Assembly: GCA_964603475.1 (NCBI GenBank)
Contig: CAZRVG010000002.1
Coordinates: 9,923-73,922 of the forward strand
Reading direction: 5' to 3'
Length of the DNA stretch: 64,000 nt
Source: an uncultured Candidatus Saccharibacteria bacterium
GTDB lineage: Bacteria > Patescibacteriota > Minisyncoccia > Minisyncoccales > UBA5738
The notes under the pieces were generated by a model. That model had not been told where the DNA came from, made no database searches, and saw only the letters and a list, made by a program, of their open reading frames with translations. Positions 51,214-61,759 of the stretch are shown piece by piece (positions within the stretch are counted from its first letter, which is position 1; each line of letters starts with the position of its first letter). The position numbers were made by a program, and so were the translations under genes.

Positions 51214-51318
51214 TTCAAAATTCAAAGGGCAAAATTCAAAAGTATAAGCTAAAAATTAAAAAGTTTTAACTTTCACTTTTAACTTTTGAATTTTAACTTT
51301 TGACTTAATTTTGTGTCT

Positions 51319-52638
51319 ATGTATAATCTTGATTCAAATTCAAACAAAGAAGAAAAGCAAAAATTAACTTCTAATGGCGGCAAACAATCAAAAAATATTT
51401 TAATCGCGATTTTGGCGCTGGCGGTCGGTTTTGGTATTGGGGCGCTGTCTTTCAATCAGAATTTTGACAGCTTGTTTGATCAATTGGAATTATCCGCGAT
51501 AAATTTGAGGCAAAAAACGGATGAACCGCAAAAAATTATTGAAACAAAGATCATAGAATATGTGCCGCAGACTTCGCAGGAAGACGCGGTGATTCAAGTG
51601 GTGAAAGATTATTCTTCGGCGGTGGCCTCCATTGTGATCACCAAAAATATGCCGATTTACGAGCAATATTATGTTTCTCCGTTTCGCGGATTTTTCGGCG
51701 AAGAATTTCAAATCCCGCAAGTGAGGCAAAAGGGCACCGAGGAGCAGGAAGTGGGCGCGGGCACCGGATTTATCGTTTCCGAGGACGGGTTGATGATCAC
51801 CAATAAGCACGTGGTGATCGACGAGGAAGCGCAATACACGGTAACCACTGTTGATGGCAAGAAATATCCGGCCAAAGTGATGGCGCTGGATCCCGTCCAG
51901 GATGTCGCGATTGTTAAAATCGATGCCGATGAAGGGCAAAAATTCCCTGCCGTGGTTTTGGGCGATTCGGATAATTTGCAAATTGGCCAATCGGTCATTG
52001 CCATTGGCAACACTTTGGGAGAATTTGACAACACGGTTTCGGTGGGCGTGATATCGGGCTTGCAGCGCACGATTGTCGCCGGCGGCGCAGGGGTGCAAAG
52101 CGAGACTTTGGATAATTTGATTCAAACCGACGCGGCGATTAACGAAGGCAACTCCGGCGGCCCCTTGCTGAATTTAAAGGGCGAGGTCATTGGATTGAAC
52201 ACCGCCATTGCCAGCAACGCTCAAAACGTGGGGTTTGTGATTCCCATCAATCTGGCTAAACGCGATTTGGAGCAAGTGAAAACTTTGGGCAAAATCGCCT
52301 ATCCCTATTTGGGCATTTATTACACGATGATTGACAACGATATTCAAAAAGAAAACCAACTGCCGATAAATTACGGCGCGTGGATCGCGCCTCCGGGAAT
52401 GTCTGCCCAAGGGCGGCGGATCGCGCCGGTGATTGCCGAATCTCCCGCGTTTAACGCGGGATTGAAAGAGGGCGATATAATCTTGGAAATTAATGGCCAA
52501 AAATTAGATAAAGATAATTCTCTGTCAAGGGTTGTTGCAAAATATAATCCTGGTGATAAGGTGGAACTGAAAGTGCTAAGGGGCGATGAGCGGATTGATC
52601 TGGAAGCCGTGCTGGGGGATAGAAACGAAGAAAAATAA
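51319..52638 (+). CDS. htrA: HtrA/DegP-family serine protease with PDZ domain
   Basis: ITNKHVV, DVAIVKI and GNSGGPLLN catalytic-triad motifs, with a C-terminal PDZ. Confidence 0.9.
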   Translation: MYNLDSNSNKEEKQKLTSNGGKQSKNILIAILALAVGFGIGALSFNQNFDSLFDQLELSAINLRQKTDEPQKIIETKIIEYVPQTSQEDAVIQVVKDYSSAVASIVITKNMPIYEQYYVSPFRGFFGEEFQIPQVRQKGTEEQEVGAGTGFIVSEDGLMITNKHVVIDEEAQYTVTTVDGKKYPAKVMALDPVQDVAIVKIDADEGQKFPAVVLGDSDNLQIGQSVIAIGNTLGEFDNTVSVGVISGLQRTIVAGGAGVQSETLDNLIQTDAAINEGNSGGPLLNLKGEVIGLNTAIASNAQNVGFVIPINLAKRDLEQVKTLGKIAYPYLGIYYTMIDNDIQKENQLPINYGAWIAPPGMSAQGRRIAPVIAESPAFNAGLKEGDIILEINGQKLDKDNSLSRVVAKYNPGDKVELKVLRGDERIDLEAVLGDRNEEK

Positions 52639-52641
52639 AAT

Positions 52642-52762
52642 AATGACCAAATTTCCAATTACCAATTTCCAATAAATGACAAAATGTTAAAATTTTAAAA
52701 TTATGGAATTTTTTAATTCTGGAATTTATTTTGACATTGGAAATTGGAAATTTTGAAATTTT
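52642..52762. repeat. 121-nt AT-rich element, copy 2
   Basis: See 49152-49272. Confidence 0.75.
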
Positions 52763-52766
52763 ATCT

Positions 52767-55481
52767 ATGATGAATCAACCTCCTAATTTTACTCACAAGG
52801 CACAGGAAGCGATAATCTATGCCCAAGACCTGGCGCGCGAAAAAGGCCAACAGCAGATAGACGCCTTGCATTTGCTGGCGGCGCTTTTGGGGCAGGAAAA
52901 AAGCTTGATTGCCAATTTGCTCGAACGTTTGGGCGTGGATTTGGAAAATCTGAAAAAACGGGCGCTGGCGGCCTTGAATCGATTGCCGGTGATTGCCGCG
53001 CCGCAAGCTTTCGGCCAGTTTTATCTAACTCAAGATATGGCCAAGATATTGGAAAGGGCGCGCGAGGAAGCCAACAAATTCGGCGATGAATTTATTTCCG
53101 TGGAGCATCTTTTTTTGGCGCTTTTGGGCATGGGCACCAAGGCCCGGGAGATTTTGGACAAAGCTGAATTTATCCGTTCGGACGGGGCTTTTGCCACGCC
53201 GGAAACCGGCGCGCTTGATTATGAGGCGGTGCTCAAAGAATTGATGAAAATTCGCGGCGGCCAGCGCATCACCGATCCCGAGCCGGAGTCAAAATATCAA
53301 GTGATTGAAAAATATACCCGCAACCTTACGCTGATGGCGCGCCAAGGCAAAATGGATCCGGTCATCGGGCGCGAAAACGAAATCCGGCGCTTGATGCAAG
53401 TTTTGAGCCGGCGCACCAAAAACAATCCGGTTTTGATCGGCGAGGCCGGCGTGGGCAAAACCGCGATTGTTGAAGGATTGGTGCAGCGCATCGCGGCGGG
53501 AAACGCGCCGGAAAGCTTGCGGGATAAAGAAATCATTTCGCTTGATCTGGGGGCGCTGATTGCCGGCACCAAATACCGCGGCGAATTTGAAGACCGCATT
53601 AAGGCGCTTTTGCGCGAAATGGACAGTGCTGCGGGAAGATATGTTTTCTTCATTGACGAATTGCACACTTTGGTGGGCGCGGGTGCCGCCGACGGCACCA
53701 TTGATGCGTCAAACTTGTTGAAGCCGGCATTGGCGCGCGGAGAATTGAAAGCCATCGGCGCCACAACTTTGAAAGAATATCAAAAATACATTGAAAAGGA
53801 TCCGGCCTTGGAACGCCGCTTCCAGCCGGTGTTTGTTTCCGAACCGTCGATAGGGGACGCTAAATTGATTTTGATGGGATTAAAAGAAAAATATGAACTG
53901 CATCACGGCGTAAAAATTGATGAAAAAGGCTTGGAAGCGTGCGTGGAATTGTCCTCGCGTTACATTCCCGACAGATTTTTGCCCGACAAGGCGGTTGATT
54001 TAATGGATGAGGCGATGAGCTCTCTGCGTTTGGATATTGAATCCGAACCTTCGGAGGTGGAAAAATTGCGCAAGGAATTTCAAAAATTACAGGTCGAATA
54101 TGAAGCGATCAAAAACGATAAGGATGAAAATAGCATCAGACGATTGAAAGCTATCAGCCGCGAATTGGCCGATATCGGCGAAAAGTTAAAATCCGTGGAA
54201 GCCAAATGGCATTCGGAAAGGGATACCATTACGAAAATCAAAACCCTGAAGAAACAACTGGAAGATTACCGCTTTGAGGTTGAACAGGAAGAAGCGCGCG
54301 CCAATTTGCAGCGGGTGGCGGAATTGAAATACGGCAAAATTCCCGAACTTGTCAAAGAACTGAAAGCCGCGGAAAGAAAGCTGGCGCGCTTTCAAAAAAC
54401 CCGGCCGATCCTCAAAGAAAAAGTGACCGAAGAAGATGTTGCCAATGTTGTTTCGCGCTGGACGGGCATTCCGGTGACGCGCTTAATGGAGGAGGAGGCG
54501 CGCAAACTGCGCGCGTTGGAAGATATTTTAAACCGCCGCGTTATCGGGCAGGAAGCGGCGATCGTGGCAATTGCCAACGCGATTCGGCGCGCGCGCGCCG
54601 GCATTGCCGAAGAAAATCGGCCGCTGGGATCGTTTATGTTTTTGGGACCCACGGGCGTGGGCAAAACCGAAACCGCCAAAGCGCTGGCCGAGTTTTTGTT
54701 CAATGATGAAAACGCGCTGGTGCGCTTGGATATGTCCGAATATATGGAAAAGCACACGGTGTCGCGGATATTGGGATCGCCTCCCGGCTATGTGGGATAT
54801 GAAGAAGGGGGACAGCTCACCGAGAAGATCCGCCGCCGCCCATATTCGGTGATCTTGCTTGATGAGATTGAAAAAGCGCATCCGGAAGTGTTCAATATCC
54901 TATTGCAGATTTTGGAGGATGGGAGGTTGACGGACGCCAAGGGACGCACGGCTTCTTTTAAAAACGCGATTTTGATTATGACTTCCAATATTGGATCAGA
55001 CATTATTGCCAAAGAAACGGCCTTGGGATTTTCGCCCAAAAACGGGCAAGAGGCCGATAAAGAAAAAACGCATGATAAAGTGATGGCGGTGTTGAAAGAA
55101 TCTTTCCGCCCCGAGTTTTTAAACCGCGTGGACGAGATTGTAATCTTTAACTATTTGAGCAGTCTGCAGATCAAAAAGATTGTTGATTTGGAATTGCAGA
55201 AAGTCGACAAGCGTCTGCGAGCCAAAGACATTCGAATTTGCGTGACCGATGCCGCCAAGGAAATTATCGCCCAGCGGGGATTTGACGCCAATTTGGGCGC
55301 CCGTCCTCTGCGCCGCGTGATCCAAAAGTTGGTTTTGGACGCTTTGGCCTTGCAAATCGTTTCCGGCGAGGTTAAAGAAGGTGATCGTGTTTTGGTTGAT
55401 GTTGAAGGCGGCGAGATTGCCGTTAAGCCGCCGGTTAAAGTTATTGCCAAATCGCGCAAAGCGGCAAAAACCCGAGTATGA
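52767..55481 (+). CDS. clpB: ATP-dependent chaperone ClpB
   Basis: Clp N domain, two AAA modules ([16 protein letters not shown]), and a long coiled-coil M-domain. Confidence 0.95.
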   Translation: MMNQPPNFTHKAQEAIIYAQDLAREKGQQQIDALHLLAALLGQEKSLIANLLERLGVDLENLKKRALAALNRLPVIAAPQAFGQFYLTQDMAKILERAREEANKFGDEFISVEHLFLALLGMGTKAREILDKAEFIRSDGAFATPETGALDYEAVLKELMKIRGGQRITDPEPESKYQVIEKYTRNLTLMARQGKMDPVIGRENEIRRLMQVLSRRTKNNPVLIGEAGVGKTAIVEGLVQRIAAGNAPESLRDKEIISLDLGALIAGTKYRGEFEDRIKALLREMDSAAGRYVFFIDELHTLVGAGAADGTIDASNLLKPALARGELKAIGATTLKEYQKYIEKDPALERRFQPVFVSEPSIGDAKLILMGLKEKYELHHGVKIDEKGLEACVELSSRYIPDRFLPDKAVDLMDEAMSSLRLDIESEPSEVEKLRKEFQKLQVEYEAIKNDKDENSIRRLKAISRELADIGEKLKSVEAKWHSERDTITKIKTLKKQLEDYRFEVEQEEARANLQRVAELKYGKIPELVKELKAAERKLARFQKTRPILKEKVTEEDVANVVSRWTGIPVTRLMEEEARKLRALEDILNRRVIGQEAAIVAIANAIRRARAGIAEENRPLGSFMFLGPTGVGKTETAKALAEFLFNDENALVRLDMSEYMEKHTVSRILGSPPGYVGYEEGGQLTEKIRRRPYSVILLDEIEKAHPEVFNILLQILEDGRLTDAKGRTASFKNAILIMTSNIGSDIIAKETALGFSPKNGQEADKEKTHDKVMAVLKESFRPEFLNRVDEIVIFNYLSSLQIKKIVDLELQKVDKRLRAKDIRICVTDAAKEIIAQRGFDANLGARPLRRVIQKLVLDALALQIVSGEVKEGDRVLVDVEGGEIAVKPPVKVIAKSRKAAKTRV

Positions 55482-56176
55482 AAACAGACCGCCTGCCGGT
55501 ATTGGTTTTGATCGCCTTGTTTTGCGGCGGATTTTCCGGCGCCGGCGTTTTTTTGTTTTTAAACAGCAATATGTCCGGCGCCGCCGCGATGACCGCCGCG
55601 CCGGTTTATTTGGCCGAAACGAAAGAAACGATTATCCAAGAAAACACCGCGTTAAAAAACGCGGTTGCCGCGGCGAACGGCACGGTTGCCGCGCTGGCGA
55701 TTGCGTCAAAAACGGGCGAATTGATTTACGGATGCGGCGCGGCGCTTACTTCCGACGGCATTATCGCGACTCCGCATTCTTTGTTTGAGCCGGGCGCGGC
55801 GGCGCAAATGAGCGTTGCCGGCGAAAAAACATCCTTTGAAGTTTTGAAAAGAGATAAGGATCTCAATTTGGCGATTATAAAACTGGAAACCGCCGATTTG
55901 TCCACCGCCGGATTTTATCCGCTCGAAGAATTGCGGCTGGGAGAAAGAATATTTTTGGTTGGAGTTTCGTCCGCCGGCAAATCTTTTGCCAACGAAGGCA
56001 TCGTGCGCGATTTTGACGGCGAAACAATTACCACCAGCATCAGCGAAAAAAATGAGGCGCTGGGCGCGCCGGTGTTTGACATTGAAGGCAGAATTTTAGG
56101 AATTGCCGACATTGACAAAAACGGACTGGTGCGCGTGATTCCCATCTGGAAAATCAAAGAAGCCAGCGGCTTATAG
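55478..56176 (+). CDS. membrane-anchored trypsin-fold protein lacking the catalytic serine motif
   Basis: His and Asp contexts (IIATPHS, DLNLAIIKL) are present, but GNSGGP is replaced by NEALGAP. ATGA overlap with clpB. Confidence 0.55.
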   Translation: MKTDRLPVLVLIALFCGGFSGAGVFLFLNSNMSGAAAMTAAPVYLAETKETIIQENTALKNAVAAANGTVAALAIASKTGELIYGCGAALTSDGIIATPHSLFEPGAAAQMSVAGEKTSFEVLKRDKDLNLAIIKLETADLSTAGFYPLEELRLGERIFLVGVSSAGKSFANEGIVRDFDGETITTSISEKNEALGAPVFDIEGRILGIADIDKNGLVRVIPIWKIKEASGL

Positions 56177-56213
56177 CGGCTTATAGCGGCTTGTCAAGGC
56201 AAAAAAATTTCAA

Positions 56214-56234
56214 GCGGGGAATAACCCCGCTTTT
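56214..56234 (+). terminator. rho-independent terminator
   Basis: gcgggg-aataa-ccccgc followed by tttt. Confidence 0.6.
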
Positions 56235-56300
56235 GCATTGCTTGCAAAGTTTGCATAGGTGCCACCTATGCAAGTTCAGCCCCCCGCCAAACTTATAGGA

Positions 56301-56392
56301 TGTTTCGCCCCGCAGTAGAAATTCGGCGCGCCATGGCGCAACCAAGAAAGCCGAATTTACACTGCGGGGCATACCCGAAAGGTGCAATGGAT
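56301..56392 (+). repeat. 92-bp direct repeat, left copy (flanks the R-M island)
   Basis: Identical to 61347-61438 except at one base. Contains a 20-bp-stem hairpin ccccgcagtagaaattcggc/gccgaatttacactgcgggg. Confidence 0.9.
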
Positions 56393-56407
56393 CTTGCGCG
56401 ATAGGTT

Positions 56408-56450
56408 TCAGAGGGTTAGACCCTCTGAATTTTTGACCCTCTGAATTTTT
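56408..56450. repeat. intergenic member of the GGTTAGACC hairpin family with a partial tandem duplication
   Basis: tcagagggt-tag-accctctga, then accctctgaattttt duplicated. Confidence 0.7.
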
Positions 56451-56606
56451 GAATCTTTAATGTTGAGATTGCGGATGAACAATGGGCGGTTGATGGAATC
56501 TTTCGCCCGAAAGGTGCAATAGATTGCGGGGATATCGGTTGAAAATGAGGGGGAAGGGTGGTAAAATTGCCCATTGGGGCAAATTTTTAAATAAATTTTT
56601 TATTGT

Positions 56607-58547
56607 ATGGAAAACAAATTAAAGGACAGGTTTTATAAGTTGCTTAAAAAAGACGAGCGGCTTTGGGGTAAAGAAACAAAAGAATTAAACCAAACGCTGT
56701 TGAAACATTTGATTGATCAGCTTGACGAAAATTTGCTGGCGCTGTTTTTGGCGGATAAAAAAATCAAAGAAAAATTTTTTGCAAAAATCGGCGATGTTTT
56801 TGTTTTGAAACAAAATGATTTGAAATTTTTTATTGACGAAAACAAGTTGGACAATTCTTATACCCGATATCAAAACAAAATCGGCTTGCGCGCGGGCGAT
56901 AAATTATTGAGCGAGCGCGACGAGGTGGTTTTGGATTGGCCGTTCAAGGATTGTGTTTTGGAAGGCGGAATGACCAAGGAAGACCAAAGGCGCGATGAGA
57001 TATTTTTCAATGAAATTTTAGCCCAAGACGAAATTGACCGGCTTTATGACCCCAAAGCGTTCACCGGCTGGGCGCGCCACACCGCCAAAGGCAAAGAAAA
57101 AGTGAAAGAATTGAAGCGAGACAAAGACGGCACCATCCGCGAAAACCTAATTATCAAGGGCAACAACCTGCTGGTGCTTCATTCCCTCAAAAAACAATTC
57201 GCCGGCAAAATCAAACTCATCTACATCGACCCGCCGTACAACACCGGCGGTGAGGCAAATATTTTTTCCTATAACAATAATTTTAACCACTCTACATGGC
57301 TTACTTTTATTAAAAATCGGCTTGAAATTGCTAAAGATTTGATTAGGGAAGATGGATTTATTGCGATTACAATTGATCACGCGGAATTATTTTATTTGGG
57401 AACAATGATTGATGAAATTTTTGATAAAAAAAATCGATTGGGAATAATTAGTATAGTTATAAAACCAGAAGGAAGGCAATTTTCTAAATTTTTTTCAACT
57501 TCTAATGAATTTATGATTGTGTATGCGAAGAATATTGCAGTTGCGTATTTCCAAAATGTTATACTTGACCAAAAGAATAAAGAAAAATTTGATAGATTTG
57601 ACGAGCTTGGCAATTACAAGGTAAGAAGATATTTGAATTATAATAATACCGAAATATCCGGAAGAGAAAATAATCCGGAAGGTTGGTATGCATTCTATGT
57701 TAATGAAAATATGGTAGTTTCGTTAGAAAAGAGTCCAAAATCAATTGAAATTTGGCCTGTGGATAAGGGAATAGAAAAATCTTGGCAAACAAATAGAGCT
57801 ACGGCGCAGGGAAGAATAGATAACAATGATATAATTTGCGAAAAAAACAACAAAGGTCAGTTAGAAATATATCTTAAAGTACGCGAAAGTCAAAGATATT
57901 TAACACACTGGTTTGATAGCAAATATAATGCTACGCATCATGGAACTAAATTATTAGAGAAGATTATTGATAAAAATGATTTTAGTTATCCGAAATCTTT
58001 ATTTTCTGTTTTGGATACATTAAAAATCATGACAGACAAAAATGATTTGGTATTAGATTTCTTTGCGGGAAGCGGAACAACGGGGCATGCGGTGTTGGAA
58101 TTAAATAAAGAGGACGGCGGGAGTAGGCGAGTTATTCTTGTTGAGCAATTAGATGATCATATTAAAATTTGTAACGAAAGATTGCAAAAAGTTTTATCAA
58201 AAGAAAATATTGAAGATAATTTTGTTTATTGTGAGATGGCGAAGTTGAATGAGCGGGCGAAGGAGAGGATTTTGGCGGCAAAGAGTTTGGCGGAGTTGGA
58301 AGAGTTGTTTGATGAGCTGTATGAGCGGTATTTTTTGGATTACAATGTTGAGGTGAAAAATTTCAGGGAAAAAATTATCAAAGAGGAAGAGTTTAAAAAG
58401 TTGAAATTGAGGGAGCAGAAAAAATTGTTTGTGGAAATGCTGGATGCCAATCAGATGTATGTTAATTTCAGCGAGCGGGGGGATCAAAAATTCGGCTTGG
58501 CAAAAGATGACATCGCGTTGAGCGAAGAATTTTATCAAACAAAATGA
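56607..58547 (+). CDS. mod: type III R-M system methyltransferase (Mod), N6-adenine beta class
   Basis: Motif IV IYIDPPYNTG precedes motif I DFFAGSGTTGHAV, with a variable region between them. Confidence 0.9.
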   Translation: MENKLKDRFYKLLKKDERLWGKETKELNQTLLKHLIDQLDENLLALFLADKKIKEKFFAKIGDVFVLKQNDLKFFIDENKLDNSYTRYQNKIGLRAGDKLLSERDEVVLDWPFKDCVLEGGMTKEDQRRDEIFFNEILAQDEIDRLYDPKAFTGWARHTAKGKEKVKELKRDKDGTIRENLIIKGNNLLVLHSLKKQFAGKIKLIYIDPPYNTGGEANIFSYNNNFNHSTWLTFIKNRLEIAKDLIREDGFIAITIDHAELFYLGTMIDEIFDKKNRLGIISIVIKPEGRQFSKFFSTSNEFMIVYAKNIAVAYFQNVILDQKNKEKFDRFDELGNYKVRRYLNYNNTEISGRENNPEGWYAFYVNENMVVSLEKSPKSIEIWPVDKGIEKSWQTNRATAQGRIDNNDIICEKNNKGQLEIYLKVRESQRYLTHWFDSKYNATHHGTKLLEKIIDKNDFSYPKSLFSVLDTLKIMTDKNDLVLDFFAGSGTTGHAVLELNKEDGGSRRVILVEQLDDHIKICNERLQKVLSKENIEDNFVYCEMAKLNERAKERILAAKSLAELEELFDELYERYFLDYNVEVKNFREKIIKEEEFKKLKLREQKKLFVEMLDANQMYVNFSERGDQKFGLAKDDIALSEEFYQTK

Positions 58548-61315
58548 ACTATCAACCCGCCGGAAAAAATTTGGAATTGCAGGTCAAGGAAAAGGCCTAT
58601 AACCACGGCATTGCCAAACCGCCGATTCCGGATTATATCGCGCAAAATTTGAAATATGATCTTTGGCCGTGGCAAAAAGAAGCTTTAGAGCTTTTTTTGA
58701 CCAATGAGTTGGTGAGGCAAAAAGAAGGGCGGGCCGGCACCGGCCATTTTATGTTTAATATGGCCACTGGAAGCGGCAAAACCTTGCTGATGGCCGCGCT
58801 GATTTTGCATTGCTATAAAAGCGGATACCGGAATTTCATATTTTTTGTCAATCAAAACATTATTTTGGGCAAGGCCGGCGAGAATTTCGTCAACAAAAAT
58901 CATCCCAAATATCTTTTTCGCCAAAATATCATTATAGGCGATAAAATCGTCAATATCCGCGAAGTGGAAAATTTTGACCGTGGCGGGGATATTCAAATAA
59001 AATTCACCTCCATTCACAAATTGCACAACGCGGTTTATCGGGCAAGGGAAAATTCAACCACTTTGGACGATTTGCAAAAGCGCGATTTGGTTTTGATCGG
59101 CGATGAGGCGCATCATTTAAACGCCGCCACCATCAGGCGCGGGCAAACTCGGCTTGACTTGCCGCAAGAATTGAAAGAAAACGCCCGCGCGCAGGATGTT
59201 GAAAAAAGCTGGGAGGACACTGTGGTTAACAAAATTTTAAACCGAGAAAACAAAAATTCGGGCGCCAACAAAAATATTTTGCTGGAATTCACCGCCACAA
59301 TTCCGCAAAACGAAGAAGTTTTGAGAAAGTATGAAAATAAAGTCATTTATGAATTCAATCTGGCGGATTTTTTAAACGCTGGCTACACCAAAGAAATCAA
59401 TTTGGTTTCCACTTCGTTGGCAAAGAAAGAAAAAATTTTGCTGGCATTGCTTTTTAATTGGTATCGCCACCAAATCGCGTTGAAAAACAGCATTGCCAAC
59501 TTCAAGCCGGTGATTTTGTTTCGGAGCAAGTTTATTGAAGATTCAAAAAACGATTACCGCGAATTTTTGGAAACGGTTGGCAAGATTTCGCCGGCAGATT
59601 TTGGATTTTTAAAAAAAATCAACGATAAAATAAAAACCGACCGCGGGGAAGAGATTAAAATTTACGAACAGGGCAACAGCCGGATTTTGCAAATGCTGGC
59701 ACACATCAAAAGCGAAAAAATAAATTTTGGCAAAATAATCAAATATATTAAAGATGAATTTTGCCAACGGAACTGCATTATCACGAATTCAAAGAATAAC
59801 CAGGCGTTAAACAAGGAAAAAACCGACGAAGATCAAGAGCGATTGTTAAATAGCTTGGAAGACAAAAACAATCATATTCGCGCGATTTTTACGGTGAAGC
59901 GGCTCACCGAAGGGTGGGATGTGCTTAATTTGTTTGATATTGTGCGGCTTTATTCCGGACGCGACGAGAGCGGCCAGAGCGGCAAAAGGACTGCGGGGCA
60001 GGCGACCATTCAAGAAGTGCAGTTAATCGGGCGGGGAGTCCGCTATTTTCCGTTTTCTTTGGACGGACGCGAAAAAAACCGGCGTAAATTTGACGACGAT
60101 CTTGCCAACCCGTTGCGGGTTTTGGAGGAATTTTATTACCACAGCGATGACGACGCGCGCTATTTGGACGAATTAAAGCGGGAATTGAAAAATAAAGGAT
60201 ATATTCGGGATAATCATATTTTGAAAATTTTTTCGCTTAAAAATGAATTCAAAAAAACCGAATTTTTTAAAGAAGTGAAAATTTGGAAAAATGAAAAAAT
60301 TGACAATCCCCGGAAGCGCAAGCAGAGTTTAGCGGATTTGAGAAAAGATTTTATTTTGGAATACAAGATCAAGGAATTAACGATGAGAGAGCAAAAAGTT
60401 TTATTGGATAAGAGTGACGATGAAATTTTGTCGCAAACATCCTATGGCGATAAAAAAACAATAAGTAAAACTCTCAAAGATTTTGAAAAACACATCATTG
60501 CCAAGGCGATTAACATAAAAGGCGCCAAAGATTTGTCGCTTTTGCGCTTTTGTAATTTGCGCGAGGAGTTAAATATTAGCGGGGTTGATGAATTGGCAAG
60601 CTCGCAATTTGCCGGAGATTTTAGAATAGACATCATTACCCCATCCGAGATGAATGGACTGAATGATATTTCCAGCAGAGAAAAATTAGAAATAATGCTG
60701 GAATTTTTTGATAAATTTATTGCTGGTTTGAAAGAGATTATTAATCCTTACTTGGGCGCGCAAGAGTTTAAGCCTTTTTCATTTGCGGAATTATTTGGCG
60801 CACCGAAAGAAAAGAGCGTAATTATCAACACGGAAAGCCAGAGCTTGGAGGCGGAGCTTTTAAAAAATGAATGGTATGTGTTGGACGCTTTTAACGGAAC
60901 TGGCGAGGAAAGGGAGTTGCTGGAATTCTTGAAAAACAAAATCGGCAATTTAAAGCAAAAATATAATGAGGTTTATTTATTGCGCAACGAAGAAGTTTAT
61001 AAAATTTACGATTTTAAGCAAGGTCGCGGGTTTGAACCGGATTTTATCCTATTTTTAAAGGGTAAAACCGGCAATCTATACTACCAAATTTTTATTGAGC
61101 CGAAAGGTGATCAATTCGTTTCTGAAAATGGTGGTTTTGACGGAGGTAAAGAGGGGTGGAAGGAGGAATTTTTAAAAGAAATTAGTAAAAAATATGGCAG
61201 TGGCGATTTGTTGAAAGCGGAAAATAAAAAATACAAATTGATTGGCCTGCCGCTGTTTAACCGTGGAATTTTAGAAAATTTTGATAAAGTTTTTGGTGAA
61301 AGTTTATTACAATAA
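58544..61315 (+). CDS. res: type III R-M system restriction subunit (Res), SF2 helicase plus C-terminal PD-(D/E)xK nuclease
   Basis: MATGSGKT (Walker A), GDEAHH (DEAH box), and C-terminal EPDFILF...IFIEPKG. ATGA overlap with mod. Confidence 0.9.
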   Translation: MNYQPAGKNLELQVKEKAYNHGIAKPPIPDYIAQNLKYDLWPWQKEALELFLTNELVRQKEGRAGTGHFMFNMATGSGKTLLMAALILHCYKSGYRNFIFFVNQNIILGKAGENFVNKNHPKYLFRQNIIIGDKIVNIREVENFDRGGDIQIKFTSIHKLHNAVYRARENSTTLDDLQKRDLVLIGDEAHHLNAATIRRGQTRLDLPQELKENARAQDVEKSWEDTVVNKILNRENKNSGANKNILLEFTATIPQNEEVLRKYENKVIYEFNLADFLNAGYTKEINLVSTSLAKKEKILLALLFNWYRHQIALKNSIANFKPVILFRSKFIEDSKNDYREFLETVGKISPADFGFLKKINDKIKTDRGEEIKIYEQGNSRILQMLAHIKSEKINFGKIIKYIKDEFCQRNCIITNSKNNQALNKEKTDEDQERLLNSLEDKNNHIRAIFTVKRLTEGWDVLNLFDIVRLYSGRDESGQSGKRTAGQATIQEVQLIGRGVRYFPFSLDGREKNRRKFDDDLANPLRVLEEFYYHSDDDARYLDELKRELKNKGYIRDNHILKIFSLKNEFKKTEFFKEVKIWKNEKIDNPRKRKQSLADLRKDFILEYKIKELTMREQKVLLDKSDDEILSQTSYGDKKTISKTLKDFEKHIIAKAINIKGAKDLSLLRFCNLREELNISGVDELASSQFAGDFRIDIITPSEMNGLNDISSREKLEIMLEFFDKFIAGLKEIINPYLGAQEFKPFSFAELFGAPKEKSVIINTESQSLEAELLKNEWYVLDAFNGTGEERELLEFLKNKIGNLKQKYNEVYLLRNEEVYKIYDFKQGRGFEPDFILFLKGKTGNLYYQIFIEPKGDQFVSENGGFDGGKEGWKEEFLKEISKKYGSGDLLKAENKKYKLIGLPLFNRGILENFDKVFGESLLQ

Positions 61316-61346
61316 TTTTAAAGCGAAAGCGGATTATTGATGGGGT

Positions 61347-61438
61347 GTTTCGCCCCGCAGTAGAAATTCGGCGCGCCATGGCGCAACCAAGAAAGCCGAA
61401 TTTACACTGCGGGGCATACCCGAAAGGTGGAATGGATT
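61347..61438 (+). repeat. 92-bp direct repeat, right copy
   Basis: See 56301-56392. Confidence 0.9.
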
Positions 61439-61627
61439 TTGAGCTTATGGGGCGTAAAGGTTGGAATTTTTTCAAAAGTTTGCATAGGTGACACCTATGC
61501 AAACTTTTTTTGGCGGGCGGGCGGGGTTTTGGCGGGGGCATATTTTGATTGCGCGTGCTTTGTGATTTATAATGAATTTGCGGCGGGTGAAACCTTGAAA
61601 TTAAATAAATTGCGGTAAGGCGGAAAT

Positions 61628-61677
61628 ATGGCAAGGTTTTGCCTTGACCTAGTTTGGTCAAGGTGAAACCTTGCCAT
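61628..61677. repeat. CAAGGT...ACCTTG family palindrome (degenerate)
   Basis: atggcaaggttttgccttgacc...ggtcaaggtgaaaccttgccat. Confidence 0.75.
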
Positions 61678-61759
61678 GTTGAGTTTTAATTTGGGGGTGA
61701 TAAAAGGGGCGGGATGTGGTAGAATGGATAATCGGGGAAATGACCAATAAATTTTGTTT

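Larger units (their letters stand above)
56301..61438. mobile_element. type III restriction-modification island bracketed by 92-bp direct repeats
   Basis: Direct repeats at both ends, palindrome tttgcataggtgNcacctatgcaa just outside each repeat, and AT-richer content than the flanks. No integrase or transposase inside. Confidence 0.5.

Noticed and set aside
56607-58547. Simple-sequence-repeat phase variation of mod.
   Set aside because: There are no tetra- or pentanucleotide repeat tracts. Only short A-runs (at most 8) are present, which are common in this AT-rich segment.
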